The notes under the pieces: generated by a model | Told to the model about the DNA's origin: nothing | The model's input: only the letters and a program-made list of their open reading frames with translations | Database searches by the model: none | DNA from: Methanobacteriota archaeon | GTDB taxonomy: Archaea; Thermoplasmatota; Thermoplasmata; UBA10834 | NCBI GenBank assembly: GCA_020348345.1 | Contig: CP070748.1 | Coordinates: 669,190-733,189 of the forward strand | Length of the DNA stretch: 64,000 nucleotides | Direction of reading: 5' to 3' | Made by a program: the position numbers and the translations under genes | Shown: positions 47,360 through 57,636 of the stretch, in pieces | Numbering within the stretch: the stretch's first letter is position 1 | Layout of the letters: each line of letters starts with the position of its first letter

Positions 47360-48136
47360 TCAGGTTTTGGAGCGCACCTCCGCGCCCAATCGCCTCGAGA
47401 GATCCACCACCTGAAGCACCTCGTCGACGCTGAAGCTCCCCTCGCCGCCCTTCTGCATTGCGCAGAGGTTGCCGTTCTCGTTCGCGGCGACCGTCAGCCT
47501 CGCATCTGCGACGATCTCCTCGTCGTAGGTGGGGTCTACCAATATGTGTTCGCCTATCTTAACTGCTGTGACCGAGATAGGCTCGTGCGCCACAGGCAGC
47601 GGGAAGTCCTCTCCCTTGTCCGCCCGTTTCGCAGGCACGACCGCATTCTTCAACGCAGCAATCGCAGCCATATTAGCGGCATCGAACAGGTTTCCGTCGT
47701 AGTCGATTATGTGTATGTCCACGAACATGATCCACACCTCCTTCTCGGCCTCGATGCACAGCTTCTCCATGTCCACAGCCTGTCCCTCTCTGATGCCCCT
47801 GTCGACCACGCGCGCCAGTTCTATGGCTGGCCTTCCGGGCGGGCCGCTCTCGAAGGTCTCGCTTGCAAGCGGGATGAGTTCGGCGTTCGTCGTCAGCACT
47901 CCCTTGTTGGGAGTGTCCGGGAATGGCTGGCCAACGATCATCTTGACGCCGACGATCACGTCCGTGTTTCCGAGATGGACCCTTGCAGATCCCTCCGCAG
48001 ATTTGATGTAGTTCTTTTCGATATTGATCGGGCGCATCTCGTCGAACTTCCTCCCGTCAACTCTGATACCTTTGGACAGAAGCTTGACGATGTGATCGCG
48101 TTTAAGGTCCGCCATGACGTCCTTCGACATGGTCAT
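47360..48136 (-). CDS. rrp42: exosome subunit Rrp42
   Basis: RNase PH-like fold: [14 protein letters not shown]...[13 protein letters not shown]. Confidence 0.9.
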   Translation of the reverse strand: MTMSKDVMADLKRDHIVKLLSKGIRVDGRKFDEMRPINIEKNYIKSAEGSARVHLGNTDVIVGVKMIVGQPFPDTPNKGVLTTNAELIPLASETFESGPPGRPAIELARVVDRGIREGQAVDMEKLCIEAEKEVWIMFVDIHIIDYDGNLFDAANMAAIAALKNAVVPAKRADKGEDFPLPVAHEPISVTAVKIGEHILVDPTYDEEIVADARLTVAANENGNLCAMQKGGEGSFSVDEVLQVVDLSRRLGAEVRSKT

Positions 48137-48903
48137 CTCACCTCCGGATTGTCAGCATCTTCATTCCCGCCGGCCGGGATGGTGTACCTACGCCTCAGGG
48201 CGTCCCTCTGAACCTCATATATTCTCTTGCACGCGTCCACAGCCATGCCCAGCCCTGTCCTGAACTGGTCTGTCGTGAGGTCTCCGTCCATCTGCAGTAG
48301 GACAATCTCGCCCGTCCGTGGTATGTATCCAACCGGTATATCCGCCTGGCCGAAGTTGTCCTCCTCCTTGCCGAGGTCAAGCACCATCGTGTCTGCCACC
48401 TTGCCAGCCGCACATGACGCGACGAGATCCTTCATGGGTATGCCGGCATCCGCAAGCGCGACCGATGCGGCCGTGAGGCCAGCACATCTCGTGCCAGCGT
48501 TCGCCTGCAACACCTCGACATAGACATCGATCGATGTCCGCGGGAAGTACTCGGTGAACACAACGTTGGTCAACGCCTCCGAGGTTATCTTGGATATCTC
48601 CTGCGACCTTCTGTCCGGTCCAGGCCTCTTCCTGTCATCGACAGAGAACGATGCCATGTTGTAGTGGCACTGCACCAACGCCCTCGTGGGGTCCTGCATG
48701 TGCCTCGGATGGCATTCCCTCGGGCCGTAGACAGCAGCCATGACCTTGTTCTGTCCCCACTCGAGATACGCTGAACCATCCGCACGTTTCAGAACGCCCG
48801 CCTCTATCCGAAGCGGCCTAAGCTCGTCCGGCATCCGGCCGTCCACTCTCTTGCCATTCTCATCTATGAGCTTGATTCCTTCAGGTAAGGGTGTTCCTCC
48901 CAT
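48133..48903 (-). CDS. rrp41: exosome catalytic subunit Rrp41
   Basis: [36 protein letters not shown]. Trimmed from the 314-aa track ORF. Confidence 0.9.
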   Translation of the reverse strand: MGGTPLPEGIKLIDENGKRVDGRMPDELRPLRIEAGVLKRADGSAYLEWGQNKVMAAVYGPRECHPRHMQDPTRALVQCHYNMASFSVDDRKRPGPDRRSQEISKITSEALTNVVFTEYFPRTSIDVYVEVLQANAGTRCAGLTAASVALADAGIPMKDLVASCAAGKVADTMVLDLGKEEDNFGQADIPVGYIPRTGEIVLLQMDGDLTTDQFRTGLGMAVDACKRIYEVQRDALRRRYTIPAGGNEDADNPEVR

Positions 48904-48908
48904 GTGTC

Positions 48909-49601
48909 TCACTCTCCCTTGCTGGGGCTGTGATCCAACAACGACTTGATCTTCTCTGTCAGTCCCCTGCTGTGTGCCTCCTTCTCTATGAGCTTGATCG
49001 CCTCGACAGCCCTCAGGATATTGTCCAGGTCTCCGTCGATCCAGATTCTGCCGTTCTGTCCCACATGGATTCTGCATCCCGTGAGATTCTTCATTATCTG
49101 TATCATCGATCCGCTTCTGCCTATGACCCGCGGCACCTTGGCGGGGGCCACATCGAACACCACGCCTCCCGCCAACTTCCTGAGTCCGTGCTCCTTCATC
49201 GATATCTGTACACGCCCGAGCTCGTCGACGCCCACAACCTTCAGCAACACGAGGTCGCCCACGGTCATGAAGCGTCCGGTCTCTCCGAACTCAACCCGCC
49301 ACGGCACCTCGTTCACGTGCAGTGGCGACGGATGAGGCGCCTTAATGTCTACCAGCCAGTTGGAGGCGCCCATGTCGACGATCTTGCCTATGACCATGTC
49401 CCCGCGGATCGGCACGTACTGTCCTGAAAGCGGCACGACACCGATCGTATTCGACCGTATGCTCTTGATGCCGAGCAGGGAAGCATAGATGTTCCCGTTC
49501 TCCACATACGTCCCAGGGCCCGCCTTCATGCTTCGGTCGGCCAAAAGGTCCCCAGGTACGACTATCTCTCTCGCACTCTCTCTAGAATCGTTTCGCTGCA
49601 T
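48909..49601 (-). CDS. rrp4: exosome RNA-binding subunit Rrp4 (S1 plus KH)
   Basis: VVPGDLL N-terminal domain, S1 barrel, and [10 protein letters not shown]. Trimmed to ATG at 49601 (the track start is TTG). Confidence 0.85.
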   Translation of the reverse strand: MQRNDSRESAREIVVPGDLLADRSMKAGPGTYVENGNIYASLLGIKSIRSNTIGVVPLSGQYVPIRGDMVIGKIVDMGASNWLVDIKAPHPSPLHVNEVPWRVEFGETGRFMTVGDLVLLKVVGVDELGRVQISMKEHGLRKLAGGVVFDVAPAKVPRVIGRSGSMIQIMKNLTGCRIHVGQNGRIWIDGDLDNILRAVEAIKLIEKEAHSRGLTEKIKSLLDHSPSKGE

Positions 49602-49818
49602 ATTCCATTCACTCGCTTTAAATTGGCGATTCCGATAAACACTCTGCTCGCGTGGCCCGAAGACGCAGTATTCTTCTGGGGTCTCTCGCGCAGCGCATTT
49701 ACCCTCGTCTCTTACCAAAGGGCCAAAAACGCGTTCCCTGCTTTAAGTTTTTGGTCGTACGGGCCCTTTTAAGCGCCTCCGCAGGCGTCCGATGCCACGG
49801 TCAGTGCCAGTCAACGCC

Positions 49819-50523
49819 CTACCGCTTGCCCTTCAGAACCTTCATCTCCGCTTCGCCGTGCGTCTTGTTGTTTATGCGGTCCATGAACTCGGTCTGAAGG
49901 CCTGCTGGCATCTCCACAACACCGATCCACGAGCCGTTGCTCTGCCACTCCTCCCTGACGATCTGGCCGAAACCCTTGAAATCCTCGAAGCATCGGCCAT
50001 AATTGTCTCCTGACATCTTGACGGCCATCTGTATCCTGTCGAACCTGATGGGTATGAGCGGTCTGAGGGCATCCATGATCGCCGGGACCTGAGCCTCCAC
50101 GGGCTTGAACGGGTCTATGTGGACCTTCGCGTCTTCCATCGCCGTCTCTATCCTCGTTGCTGGATGCGGACCTCCCGTCTGCGGGTTCATGGCGTGCCTG
50201 GCGATGTACTCTATGATCCTCTTACGCTTGTTCTCCTGCATCACTCGTCTCTGATCGGTCGTCAGCTGTACCTCGCCCTTGAGAATGATGTCTTTTGCGA
50301 CCTCGACCGCATCGGACGTGCCGAAGATCTCCTCGATCTTGTCCTCCGACGCTCTCGTGCCCTTCTTGGCGTTCTTGAAGATGGTGTCTATGACCATGTG
50401 GTCAATGAGGTCGACCTCCTTGCCGTCCCTCATCTGCTGGACTACCTTCGGGTCGATCAGTATCTCGAAACTCTCGCCGTGAGACTCGTATCTTGCGACA
50501 ATCGCGTCATCGAGGTCTACCAT
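49819..50523 (-). CDS. sdo1: SBDS-family ribosome maturation protein (Sdo1)
   Basis: [19 protein letters not shown]. Confidence 0.85.
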   Translation of the reverse strand: MVDLDDAIVARYESHGESFEILIDPKVVQQMRDGKEVDLIDHMVIDTIFKNAKKGTRASEDKIEEIFGTSDAVEVAKDIILKGEVQLTTDQRRVMQENKRKRIIEYIARHAMNPQTGGPHPATRIETAMEDAKVHIDPFKPVEAQVPAIMDALRPLIPIRFDRIQMAVKMSGDNYGRCFEDFKGFGQIVREEWQSNGSWIGVVEMPAGLQTEFMDRINNKTHGEAEMKVLKGKR

Positions 50524-50533
50524 AGACTAATGC

Positions 50534-51250
50534 TCAGCCTCCGAGCTTGCTCACATACGCGTCCACTTCGGCGTCCGTCAGCTTTCTGAAGCTCTCATCC
50601 ATTCTAACGATGCCGATCTCGACCGCCTTCGTGCTCAGCTTGTCCTCAGTCGCCTTGGTAAGCGCCTTCAATCCGAGTGTGATTGCTTCGTCCATAGACA
50701 TGTCGTCTTCGTACTCATCCTCGAAGACGTCCATGATTGCGTTCTTGCCAGCGCCAATGGAGCCCGCCTTGTATGCCACGAGCGCGCCGCTGGGGTCGGT
50801 CTCGAACAGGTGCGCGCCGCTTTCGTCTACACCTGCCACAAGCAGGGCCGTTCCAAAGGGACGCACGCCGCCATACTGCGTGTAATTCTGTTTGAAATCG
50901 CACAGTCTCTTCACGAGCGTTTCGATGTCGACCTTCTCAGCGTAGGTGACCTTGTTTATCTGTGCCACCACGCGAGCGTGGTCGACGAGGACTCTCGCGT
51001 CCGCCACCAGACCGGACGTCGCACATCCAATGTGTTCGTCGATCTGGAATATCTTCTCGATTGATCTGGATTCGATGAGTTTGCTTGCGATTCTCTTGTC
51101 GACGATGAGCGCCACGCCATCCTTGAACTTCAATCCGACTGTAGTCGTACCTCTCTTGACCGCCTCGCGAGCGTATTCGACCTGGAAAAGCCTGCCATCG
51201 GGCGAGAATACGGTGATTGCCCGATCATAGGCCATCTGTCCTGGCTGCAT
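50534..51250 (-). CDS. psmA: proteasome subunit alpha
   Basis: [23 protein letters not shown] at 51250 with AAGGAGAGGTG upstream (the track start is TTG). Confidence 0.95.
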   Translation of the reverse strand: MQPGQMAYDRAITVFSPDGRLFQVEYAREAVKRGTTTVGLKFKDGVALIVDKRIASKLIESRSIEKIFQIDEHIGCATSGLVADARVLVDHARVVAQINKVTYAEKVDIETLVKRLCDFKQNYTQYGGVRPFGTALLVAGVDESGAHLFETDPSGALVAYKAGSIGAGKNAIMDVFEDEYEDDMSMDEAITLGLKALTKATEDKLSTKAVEIGIVRMDESFRKLTDAEVDAYVSKLGG

Positions 51251-51334
51251 TTTGAATGACACCTCTCCTTTCAATACACATTCATAAGTCCAGCGCTATC
51301 CATTTTGGACGGATTCGTCCTAAGGCGGTAAGTC

Positions 51335-51342
51335 GATATAAA
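51335..51342 (-). promoter_or_regulatory. TATA box candidate (TTTATATC on minus strand) upstream of psmA
   Basis: AT-rich octamer about 85 nt upstream of the psmA ATG, in the 95-nt gap after the Pop5 gene. Confidence 0.35.
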
Positions 51343-51369
51343 GGTTTGTGGCGAATATCGCTGGCTTCG

Positions 51370-51705
51370 TCAGCCAGCTCGAACGAAGTCCTTATCATCG
51401 CCCAGGTACCGCTCCTTCAGCTTGCGGATTGTGCCAGAAGTCTTGAGCGTTCTGATCTCACACCGTTGACCTCTAACAGAGTCAATGGATTCGAGGAGCG
51501 CTATGGCGTCGTCCTTCAGCCGATGAGGTACTTTGACGATGCCGAGCCCCCGCTCGAAAACGGTGAGTTTGAACCTGTCCTCCATAGAGGTGCCTCGACC
51601 ACCGCTGAGGAGCGCGCCGACGAAGTCCCTTCTGCTGATGGTCGTTCGACTCTCTATCCGGAATGCTATGTATCTCCACTTGCCCCGCTCGGCCTTGCCC
51701 GACAT
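51370..51705 (-). CDS. rnp2: RNase P protein component 2 (Pop5/Rpp14)
   Basis: RYIAFRIES...GLGIVKVPH pattern and conserved superoperon position. Confidence 0.75.
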   Translation of the reverse strand: MSGKAERGKWRYIAFRIESRTTISRRDFVGALLSGGRGTSMEDRFKLTVFERGLGIVKVPHRLKDDAIALLESIDSVRGQRCEIRTLKTSGTIRKLKERYLGDDKDFVRAG

Positions 51706-51713
51706 CGCCGGCC

Positions 51714-52823
51714 CTATTGAACGAAATCCTTTGCGTTCTTCTTCGGTTGGCTATTCGCATTCGTCTTCTCGAACTCCGCCACCTTGACACCGGTCAACAC
51801 GACCATTACTCTTATCAGACCTTCGTTCAGTTGGTCGACGCTACATCCCCAGATTATCCTCGCGCTGGGATTGATGCGTGCGTTGACCAGTTCCGCTGCC
51901 TTCTCGGCCTCAGACACTGTCATGTCCGGCCCGCCGACCACGCGTATGAGCGCTCCCCTCGCAGAGGACAGGTCGATGTCACCAAGCAACGGCGATTCGA
52001 GCGCCTGGTCCACAGCTGCGTCCACGCGTTCCTTCCGCGAGGTCTTGTTGTCGGCTTCGCCCATCCCTATCATCGCGACTCCGCCGTTCTTCATGATGGT
52101 CGTGACGTCATTGAAGTCGAGGTTCACAAGTCCGGGCTTCGTCATGATCTCCGTTAGCCCCTTGATCGACTCCATCAGCACTTCGTCCGCCACTCTGAAG
52201 GCAGCGTCCAACGGTAGCTTGGGCACCATTTCTAGAAGCCTATCGTTCATTATCACGGCGGTGGTGTCACAGTTGAGCTTGAGGCGGTTAAGGCCTCTCA
52301 GAGCGTTTTCCATCCGCAGGTTGCCTTCTGCTTTGAACGGCATCGTCACAATGCCGATGACGAGCGCCCCAGCCTCTTTGGCGATTCTCGCCACCACCGG
52401 TGCCGAGCCCGTTCCAGTGCCGCCTCCCATGCCCGCCGTGACGAAAACTATGTTGTTGTTAGTGATGTAACCCTTGAGCTCATCCTCCGTCTCATGAGCA
52501 GCTCGCTCACCCGTTTCCGGTATCGCTCCTGCCCCAAGACCCTTTGTGGAGTTTCTCCCCAGGAGGACCTTGTGAGGCGAGTGCACATGGAGCAGATGCT
52601 TGGCATCAGTGTTCGCGGCTACCAGCTCTGCCCCGAAGACCCCTTCCTGGCTCAGGCGATTGATGGTGTTCGTACCGCCACCTCCGCAGCCAACAATCGC
52701 TATGTTTACCTTCAGGGCCTCAACAATCTTGGCTAGCTCTAGATCGTCCGGCGCATCCAAAGGCGCCTTCGAGTCTTTGGTCAGCTCGTGCAATTCGAGA
52801 GCATCATCTATGATAGACTTCAT
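51714..52823 (-). CDS. ftsZ: cell division protein FtsZ (paralog A)
   Basis: [15 protein letters not shown] and [15 protein letters not shown] tubulin signature. Confidence 0.95.
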   Translation of the reverse strand: MKSIIDDALELHELTKDSKAPLDAPDDLELAKIVEALKVNIAIVGCGGGGTNTINRLSQEGVFGAELVAANTDAKHLLHVHSPHKVLLGRNSTKGLGAGAIPETGERAAHETEDELKGYITNNNIVFVTAGMGGGTGTGSAPVVARIAKEAGALVIGIVTMPFKAEGNLRMENALRGLNRLKLNCDTTAVIMNDRLLEMVPKLPLDAAFRVADEVLMESIKGLTEIMTKPGLVNLDFNDVTTIMKNGGVAMIGMGEADNKTSRKERVDAAVDQALESPLLGDIDLSSARGALIRVVGGPDMTVSEAEKAAELVNARINPSARIIWGCSVDQLNEGLIRVMVVLTGVKVAEFEKTNANSQPKKNAKDFVQ

Positions 52824-52874
52824 CTGATCATCCCATCCGCCGTCAGGCTGTTCACTACGTTATCGTCAAATGCG

Positions 52875-52882
52875 TATATTAA
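52875..52882 (-). promoter_or_regulatory. TATA box candidate (TTAATATA on minus strand) for ftsZ paralog A
   Basis: 52-59 nt upstream of the ATG at 52823. Confidence 0.35.
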
Positions 52883-52987
52883 GTTGCGTTTCATGCCAGA
52901 CACACGGTTTGGCGGATGTACTAGACGACATCAGCAGAATGTCGATCGCGACTGTAATGAGCGCGCCTAAGGTGAGGTCATCATCGT

Positions 52988-53018
52988 GCTCGCGCATCGC
53001 GCCGCTCGCGCATCGCGC
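52988..53018. repeat. tandem 15-nt direct repeat GCTCGCGCATCGCGC x2 (1-nt spacer)
   Basis: Exact copies at 52988-53002 and 53004-53018, in the middle of the divergent ftsZ/ftsZ intergenic region. Confidence 0.8.
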
Positions 53019-53215
53019 GCAATAATTGGTGTTAATACGTTACATGAAACTGGGACAACGAAGGAAGAATAATGGTGGAAAACAGGCACGAACAGGGGCA
53101 GCTCATGCAAGGGCGCCGCACACGTCTTTGCGCGCATACGCGTGCGTGCGACCATCGATGTCGGCGACGACGCCGGAAGTTCGGGATTACTGGCTCTCGC
53201 CGACCTTGAGGAATA

Positions 53216-53223
53216 TTTATATT
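53216..53223 (+). promoter_or_regulatory. TATA box candidate (TTTATATT) for ftsZ paralog B
   Basis: 41-48 nt upstream of the ATG at 53264. Confidence 0.4.
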
Positions 53224-53263
53224 CAAGTTTTCCGATTACTACGTAGCTTTATGGGGTGCACTC

Positions 53264-54457
53264 ATGCCGAAGTCACTGGTCAAAGACGCATTAGGCAAAG
53301 ATGTGGATGAATTGTTGAAGAAACCTTCAGAACCCGCCGAGAGTAAGGAGGAGAAGGAGGAAGAAAAGCCCTCCGAGATGACGGCGGATGACGAAGAGAT
53401 AGCCAAGATAGCGGCTCAGCTTGACGTCAGTATCAAGATTGTCGGTTGCGGTGGCGGCGGCTCCAACACTATCAACAGATGTGTCGAAGCGGGCGTCTCC
53501 GGAGCGCAGCTTTGCGCTCTCAACACCGATGCAAAGCATCTACTGGCCATTCATGCTCCGAAGAAGATCCTGATCGGGAAGAACGTCACGCGCGGACTCG
53601 GTGCGGGCGCCATCCCGACGGTGGGGGAATCCGCTGCCAAGGAGAACGAGCGCGACATACGCGATTTCCTCGACGGTGCCAACATCGTCTTCGTCACCGC
53701 TGGAATGGGCGGCGGGACCGGGACGGGATCCGCGCACTTCGCAGCACGCCTGTCGAAGGAGCTAAAAGCGCTAACGATCGGCGTCGTCACGCTTCCGTTC
53801 AAGGCTGAGGGCGAGGTCCGCATGGAGAACGCATTGGATGGCCTTGAGAAGCTCAGGAGGTTGTGCGACACAACCATCGTGATCCCGAACGACCGGCTCC
53901 TGGAGCTGGTGCCGAAGCTGCCGGTAGATGCAGCCTTCAAGGTGGCCGACGAGGTGCTGATGCAGACGATACGCGGACTCACTGAGATCATTACCAAACC
54001 GGGCCTCGTCAACCTCGATTACAGCGACATCATGACTGTGATGAACGAAGGAGGAGTTGCCTTCGTTGGTATGGGCGAATCGGACGAGTCCGATTCCGAG
54101 GAGCGCGTCGCCGAGGCAATCGATGAAGCTTTGAGTTCGCCACTGCTGGGCGAGATCAACCTTGAGGAGGCCAAGGGCGCTCTGATCCGCGTCGTTGGAG
54201 GGCCCGACATGACCGTGTCGGAGGCTCAGAAGGCCGCCGAGGTCGTCGGCGAGCGGATCAACAAACATGCGAGGATAATATGGGGCTGCAGCGTCGATCC
54301 TGAACTCGAGGGGCAGGTTCGCATACTGCTGATTGTCACAGGAGCTAAGTCAAGCCTTCTGATGGGCAAGGGCAGCGCGCACAACGCAGGCCAGGCAGTC
54401 GGGGGAAACGCCCGTTCCTACGCACCTGACGACGACGGAATAGACTTCGTCAGATAG
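53264..54457 (+). CDS. ftsZ: cell division protein FtsZ (paralog B, acidic N-terminal extension)
   Basis: [15 protein letters not shown] and [15 protein letters not shown]. Confidence 0.95.
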   Translation: MPKSLVKDALGKDVDELLKKPSEPAESKEEKEEEKPSEMTADDEEIAKIAAQLDVSIKIVGCGGGGSNTINRCVEAGVSGAQLCALNTDAKHLLAIHAPKKILIGKNVTRGLGAGAIPTVGESAAKENERDIRDFLDGANIVFVTAGMGGGTGTGSAHFAARLSKELKALTIGVVTLPFKAEGEVRMENALDGLEKLRRLCDTTIVIPNDRLLELVPKLPVDAAFKVADEVLMQTIRGLTEIITKPGLVNLDYSDIMTVMNEGGVAFVGMGESDESDSEERVAEAIDEALSSPLLGEINLEEAKGALIRVVGGPDMTVSEAQKAAEVVGERINKHARIIWGCSVDPELEGQVRILLIVTGAKSSLLMGKGSAHNAGQAVGGNARSYAPDDDGIDFVR

Positions 54458-54503
54458 GTGTAGAAACATCTTTTCGGCGGACACATTTTAACGTGTCCGC
54501 CAT

Positions 54504-55517
54504 TCAACTCCTTACCCTTCTCTCCAGTCTTCCTTCCAGCGCTGGCTGGTCTGCGAACCTCGCGCCGCATCCAGGACAGAACTGGTCTTCAAGATCGACG
54601 CTCTCGCCGCATTCCGAGCATTCGACACCTCCAACCATGTCGGAGAAGACAACCCCGCACATGCAGGAGAACGCATCTCTGTCGACCCTTCTTCCACAAG
54701 CTGGGCACTCGCTTATCTCCTCCACGAAAGGCCTACCACACACAGGGCAGTCGAGCGCCGTCTCGGGTATCTCTGCTCCGCATTCAGGGCAGATCATGTT
54801 GCCTTCACCAACGAGGAGCGCTCCGCACTCGCACGCGCTTTCGTCGCGAGAGACGATGCGCCCGCATTCAGGGCATTGGTACAGATCCTCGGAGAATTCC
54901 GCGGTGAATATCACGCCACAATTCCTGCAGAACATCTCCTCCTCCGACAATCTCGAGCCGCATTCCGGACATTGCAGGCCGCGCTCGTTCAGGGTGCAGC
55001 CGCATTCCTCACCGCCCACAAGCTCCCTGCCGCAGGCATCGCAGAACAGAGCGGTCTCCGCAGCTTTGCTGACCTCTCCTCGCAAGGTCAGATATGTTCC
55101 TTCCGTAATCTCTCCGAGAAGGAACCGCTCTTCGAGGAGGAACAGCCTGTCGCTCTTGGACAACCGAGCAGCCTTCACTCGCGGAGCGTCGGAATCGACG
55201 ATGTGCGGCCTTTGCCTTGCAGTCTTGAGTTTCGCATCGCAAGCCGGACAGGTGCCGGTCCTCGTGGCGCACGAGTTGTGATACTGAACTCCGCATCTGC
55301 AAACCACGTTTGGCAGGTCATCCTTTATCATGCCCAGACACAAGCCACACTTGATCTCTCCTTTAATTCTCATGGCCTTAACCTGAGGCCTGGTTCTGAT
55401 TCGCATCCTTCTGGCGGCCGCCCTGATGAGGAGCCCCTTCGGTATCGTTACGAGCCGCGGGCGCCGTCCAATCGATTCTCGTCTCGGAAGATGATAGGGC
55501 ACTCTCAAGCGAGGCAT
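54504..55517 (-). CDS. multi-zinc-ribbon protein (RING-like N-terminus plus about 5 tandem double zinc ribbons)
   Basis: CGLC...CRCG...H..C...CPAC, then repeated CxxCG-x(10-14)-CxxCG units (CDACG, CPECG, CRNCG, CPECG, CECG, CPECG, CPVCG, CPACG, CMCG, CSECG, CPGCG). Start uncertain; ATG at 55373 is possible. Confidence 0.6.
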   Translation of the reverse strand: MPRLRVPYHLPRRESIGRRPRLVTIPKGLLIRAAARRMRIRTRPQVKAMRIKGEIKCGLCLGMIKDDLPNVVCRCGVQYHNSCATRTGTCPACDAKLKTARQRPHIVDSDAPRVKAARLSKSDRLFLLEERFLLGEITEGTYLTLRGEVSKAAETALFCDACGRELVGGEECGCTLNERGLQCPECGSRLSEEEMFCRNCGVIFTAEFSEDLYQCPECGRIVSRDESACECGALLVGEGNMICPECGAEIPETALDCPVCGRPFVEEISECPACGRRVDRDAFSCMCGVVFSDMVGGVECSECGESVDLEDQFCPGCGARFADQPALEGRLERRVRS

Positions 55518-55593
55518 TGCTCACCAGATCCTCCATCGGGAATGGTAGATGGTAGACGTCTCATATAAATTCCAGCGATGTGATACGCCTGAC

Positions 55594-56127
55594 ATGACCA
55601 TACAGGACACGGTCAGGTTGGTAGGCGAGCTCATGGCCGTCTCAGCGAGGACGGCTCCGAAGGCGGCTGGGCAGGACTACATCGAGATCAGGCTCGCGGA
55701 CGAATCTGAGCGGACCGCTCTAGGAACTGACATGGTGAGTGTCGGGAAGGAGAGAGATATCTCCGGCTTCGAACGTGACGGGCAGAACGTTCTGGATTCA
55801 GACGCCGTCTTGTTGGTGGGACTAATGCCTCACGAAGGAATCGGCCTCAACTGTGGGGCGTGCGGCTACTCTGGCTGTGAGGAGTTCAACGCTCAGTCCC
55901 ACAAGGGCGATTTCGACGGCCCCAGCTGCGCCATTCGACTTCTGGACCTCGGCATAGCGCTGGGCTCGGCCGCGAAGACGGCGGCGGAGCACAACGTCGA
56001 CAACAGAATCATGTACAGGATAGGCGTGTCGGCAAAGCGGCTGGGCATGATGGAATCCCAGCTCATCCACGGTATACCTCTGTCTGCAAAGGGCAAGAAC
56101 ATCTTCTTCGACAGAGGCAAGAAGTAG
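55594..56127 (+). CDS. DUF2148 ferredoxin-domain protein
   Basis: GLNCGACGYSGCEEF Cys cluster and overall similarity to the COG4739 family as I recall it. Confidence 0.6.
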   Translation: MTIQDTVRLVGELMAVSARTAPKAAGQDYIEIRLADESERTALGTDMVSVGKERDISGFERDGQNVLDSDAVLLVGLMPHEGIGLNCGACGYSGCEEFNAQSHKGDFDGPSCAIRLLDLGIALGSAAKTAAEHNVDNRIMYRIGVSAKRLGMMESQLIHGIPLSAKGKNIFFDRGKK

Positions 56128-56163
56128 CCAGCGATCTGCATACAAGGCGCTTAGCCACTCGGA

Positions 56164-56949
56164 TCAACGCGGAGAGGGCCTTCCAAGATCCGTGCCATCT
56201 AACAAGTATGCCTTCATAGTGAGTTCGTTCACAAGTCTGTTTCTGAGCATGGGTCCCAGCCTGCCGCCTCCAGGCCTATTCATGGGCGTTCCTGAGATCA
56301 GCGGGTTGAATGCAGGAGCAACAATGAGTTCCTTCGGACACGTCGAGTATCTCTCCCGCACATTCTTCCTGGATAGCCTTGCTCGTATCCAGCACTTCTC
56401 ATTAGTTCTCCCTCCCATGGAACCTTCTAGTGCCATGGACGGATGGATGTGCCCCATGACGATTTCATCGGAGGCCATCACCGCGTCCGAAGGCCATACA
56501 TGACCATGGAACACGCCCACGCCGCCAACCACAGAGCCGCTGTTCGCCGTTACAAGGCATCCGTCCGGCATCATCTCCTTCAGGCCGCCATCATGATTGC
56601 CGGGGGTGACCACCACCGCCTGGAAGGCCTCCATTGCTTTATTCATGACGGACCGCACTTCTCGGTCCTCTCGATGCGTGGCATGCGTGATTCGATGCTT
56701 CACATCTCCCAGGATGAGGAGCCTGTCACCGTGGCTTGCGAGGGATTCGATGGCCGACGACATCTTCGGGAGCTGGCTCGGAATGTTGAATCCGGATGCC
56801 CTGAGCACGGATTCTATTCCGATGTGCAGGTCAGCGATGCATACCCACTTCCTGCTTCCGCCCATGACTAGTGCGGGCGAGTCCGTCACAGGTATCAGGT
56901 TCACACGATGAATACGGACAGCCCGACGATAAAAAGATGTCCCCCTCAT
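56164..56949 (-). CDS. metallophosphoesterase (archaeal ICC/SbcD-related, TIGR00024-like)
   Basis: ADLHIG, GDVKH and GNHD motifs. ATGA overlap with the upstream gene. Confidence 0.75.
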   Translation of the reverse strand: MRGTSFYRRAVRIHRVNLIPVTDSPALVMGGSRKWVCIADLHIGIESVLRASGFNIPSQLPKMSSAIESLASHGDRLLILGDVKHRITHATHREDREVRSVMNKAMEAFQAVVVTPGNHDGGLKEMMPDGCLVTANSGSVVGGVGVFHGHVWPSDAVMASDEIVMGHIHPSMALEGSMGGRTNEKCWIRARLSRKNVRERYSTCPKELIVAPAFNPLISGTPMNRPGGGRLGPMLRNRLVNELTMKAYLLDGTDLGRPSPR

Positions 56950-57620
56950 CTGCCAATTTGAAGCCGCTCTGCGAGAACTGCAGGAAGCCCGGCGTTCAGT
57001 ATCGCCTCTGCCTCCGCGGCAATGTCATACTCGACCCTGCATATATCGCACCTTCTGGATTTCGTGTCCAGCACGGCAAAACTGGCTCTGGAGTCACCGT
57101 CTCGCGGCTGTCCGACCGATCCGGGATTGATGACCCTGCCACCTGGTAGGTAGGCGATGAACGGCACATGTGTATGGCCGAGAACCACGAGGTCGGTCGA
57201 ACACCTCTTGAGGATATGCAGGTCCACCTCGTCCTCGTACACGTATTCATCCGGGTCCAAGTCGGAGCCGTGGAACACGGCTGCCGGCCACTCACCGCCG
57301 ATGGCTATGTCGAGCCTGCAAGGCAACGATTCGAGGAATCTCATCGATGGCTCATCGAGGTTGTCACAGGTCCATATAACAGCCGCCGCGGCATAAGGAT
57401 TCATTCGAGAAGTCTCCTTTACAAGAGATGCGCGGTCGTGGTTGCCAGCGATTGACCGCACATTCCGTCTACGCATCTCTCGGCAGCACTCGTTCGGATG
57501 GGCTCCATAGCCGACGACGTCCCCCGCGCACACGACGCGGTCGACGCCGCGTTCGTCGAGCGATTCGAAGACGGCTTTCAGCGCGTACAAGTTGGAATGA
57601 ATGTCGGCAATCATCCCCAT
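56946..57620 (-). CDS. metallophosphoesterase (MJ0936/YfcE-like)
   Basis: ADIHSN, AGDVVGYG, GNHD and GHTH motifs. Start set at MGMIADIH (57620). The track start at 57659 would overlap nnr by 23 nt. Confidence 0.75.
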   Translation of the reverse strand: MGMIADIHSNLYALKAVFESLDERGVDRVVCAGDVVGYGAHPNECCREMRRRNVRSIAGNHDRASLVKETSRMNPYAAAAVIWTCDNLDEPSMRFLESLPCRLDIAIGGEWPAAVFHGSDLDPDEYVYEDEVDLHILKRCSTDLVVLGHTHVPFIAYLPGGRVINPGSVGQPRDGDSRASFAVLDTKSRRCDICRVEYDIAAEAEAILNAGLPAVLAERLQIGR

Positions 57621-57636
57621 CCTGCCGGAGGCCTCT

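Noticed and set aside
46961-48211. 416-aa plus-strand ORF antisense to rpl37ae and rrp42
   Set aside because: The opposite strand encodes clearly recognisable exosome and r-protein genes. The product is not recognisable, and the Arg/Leu/His-rich composition is typical of antisense frames.
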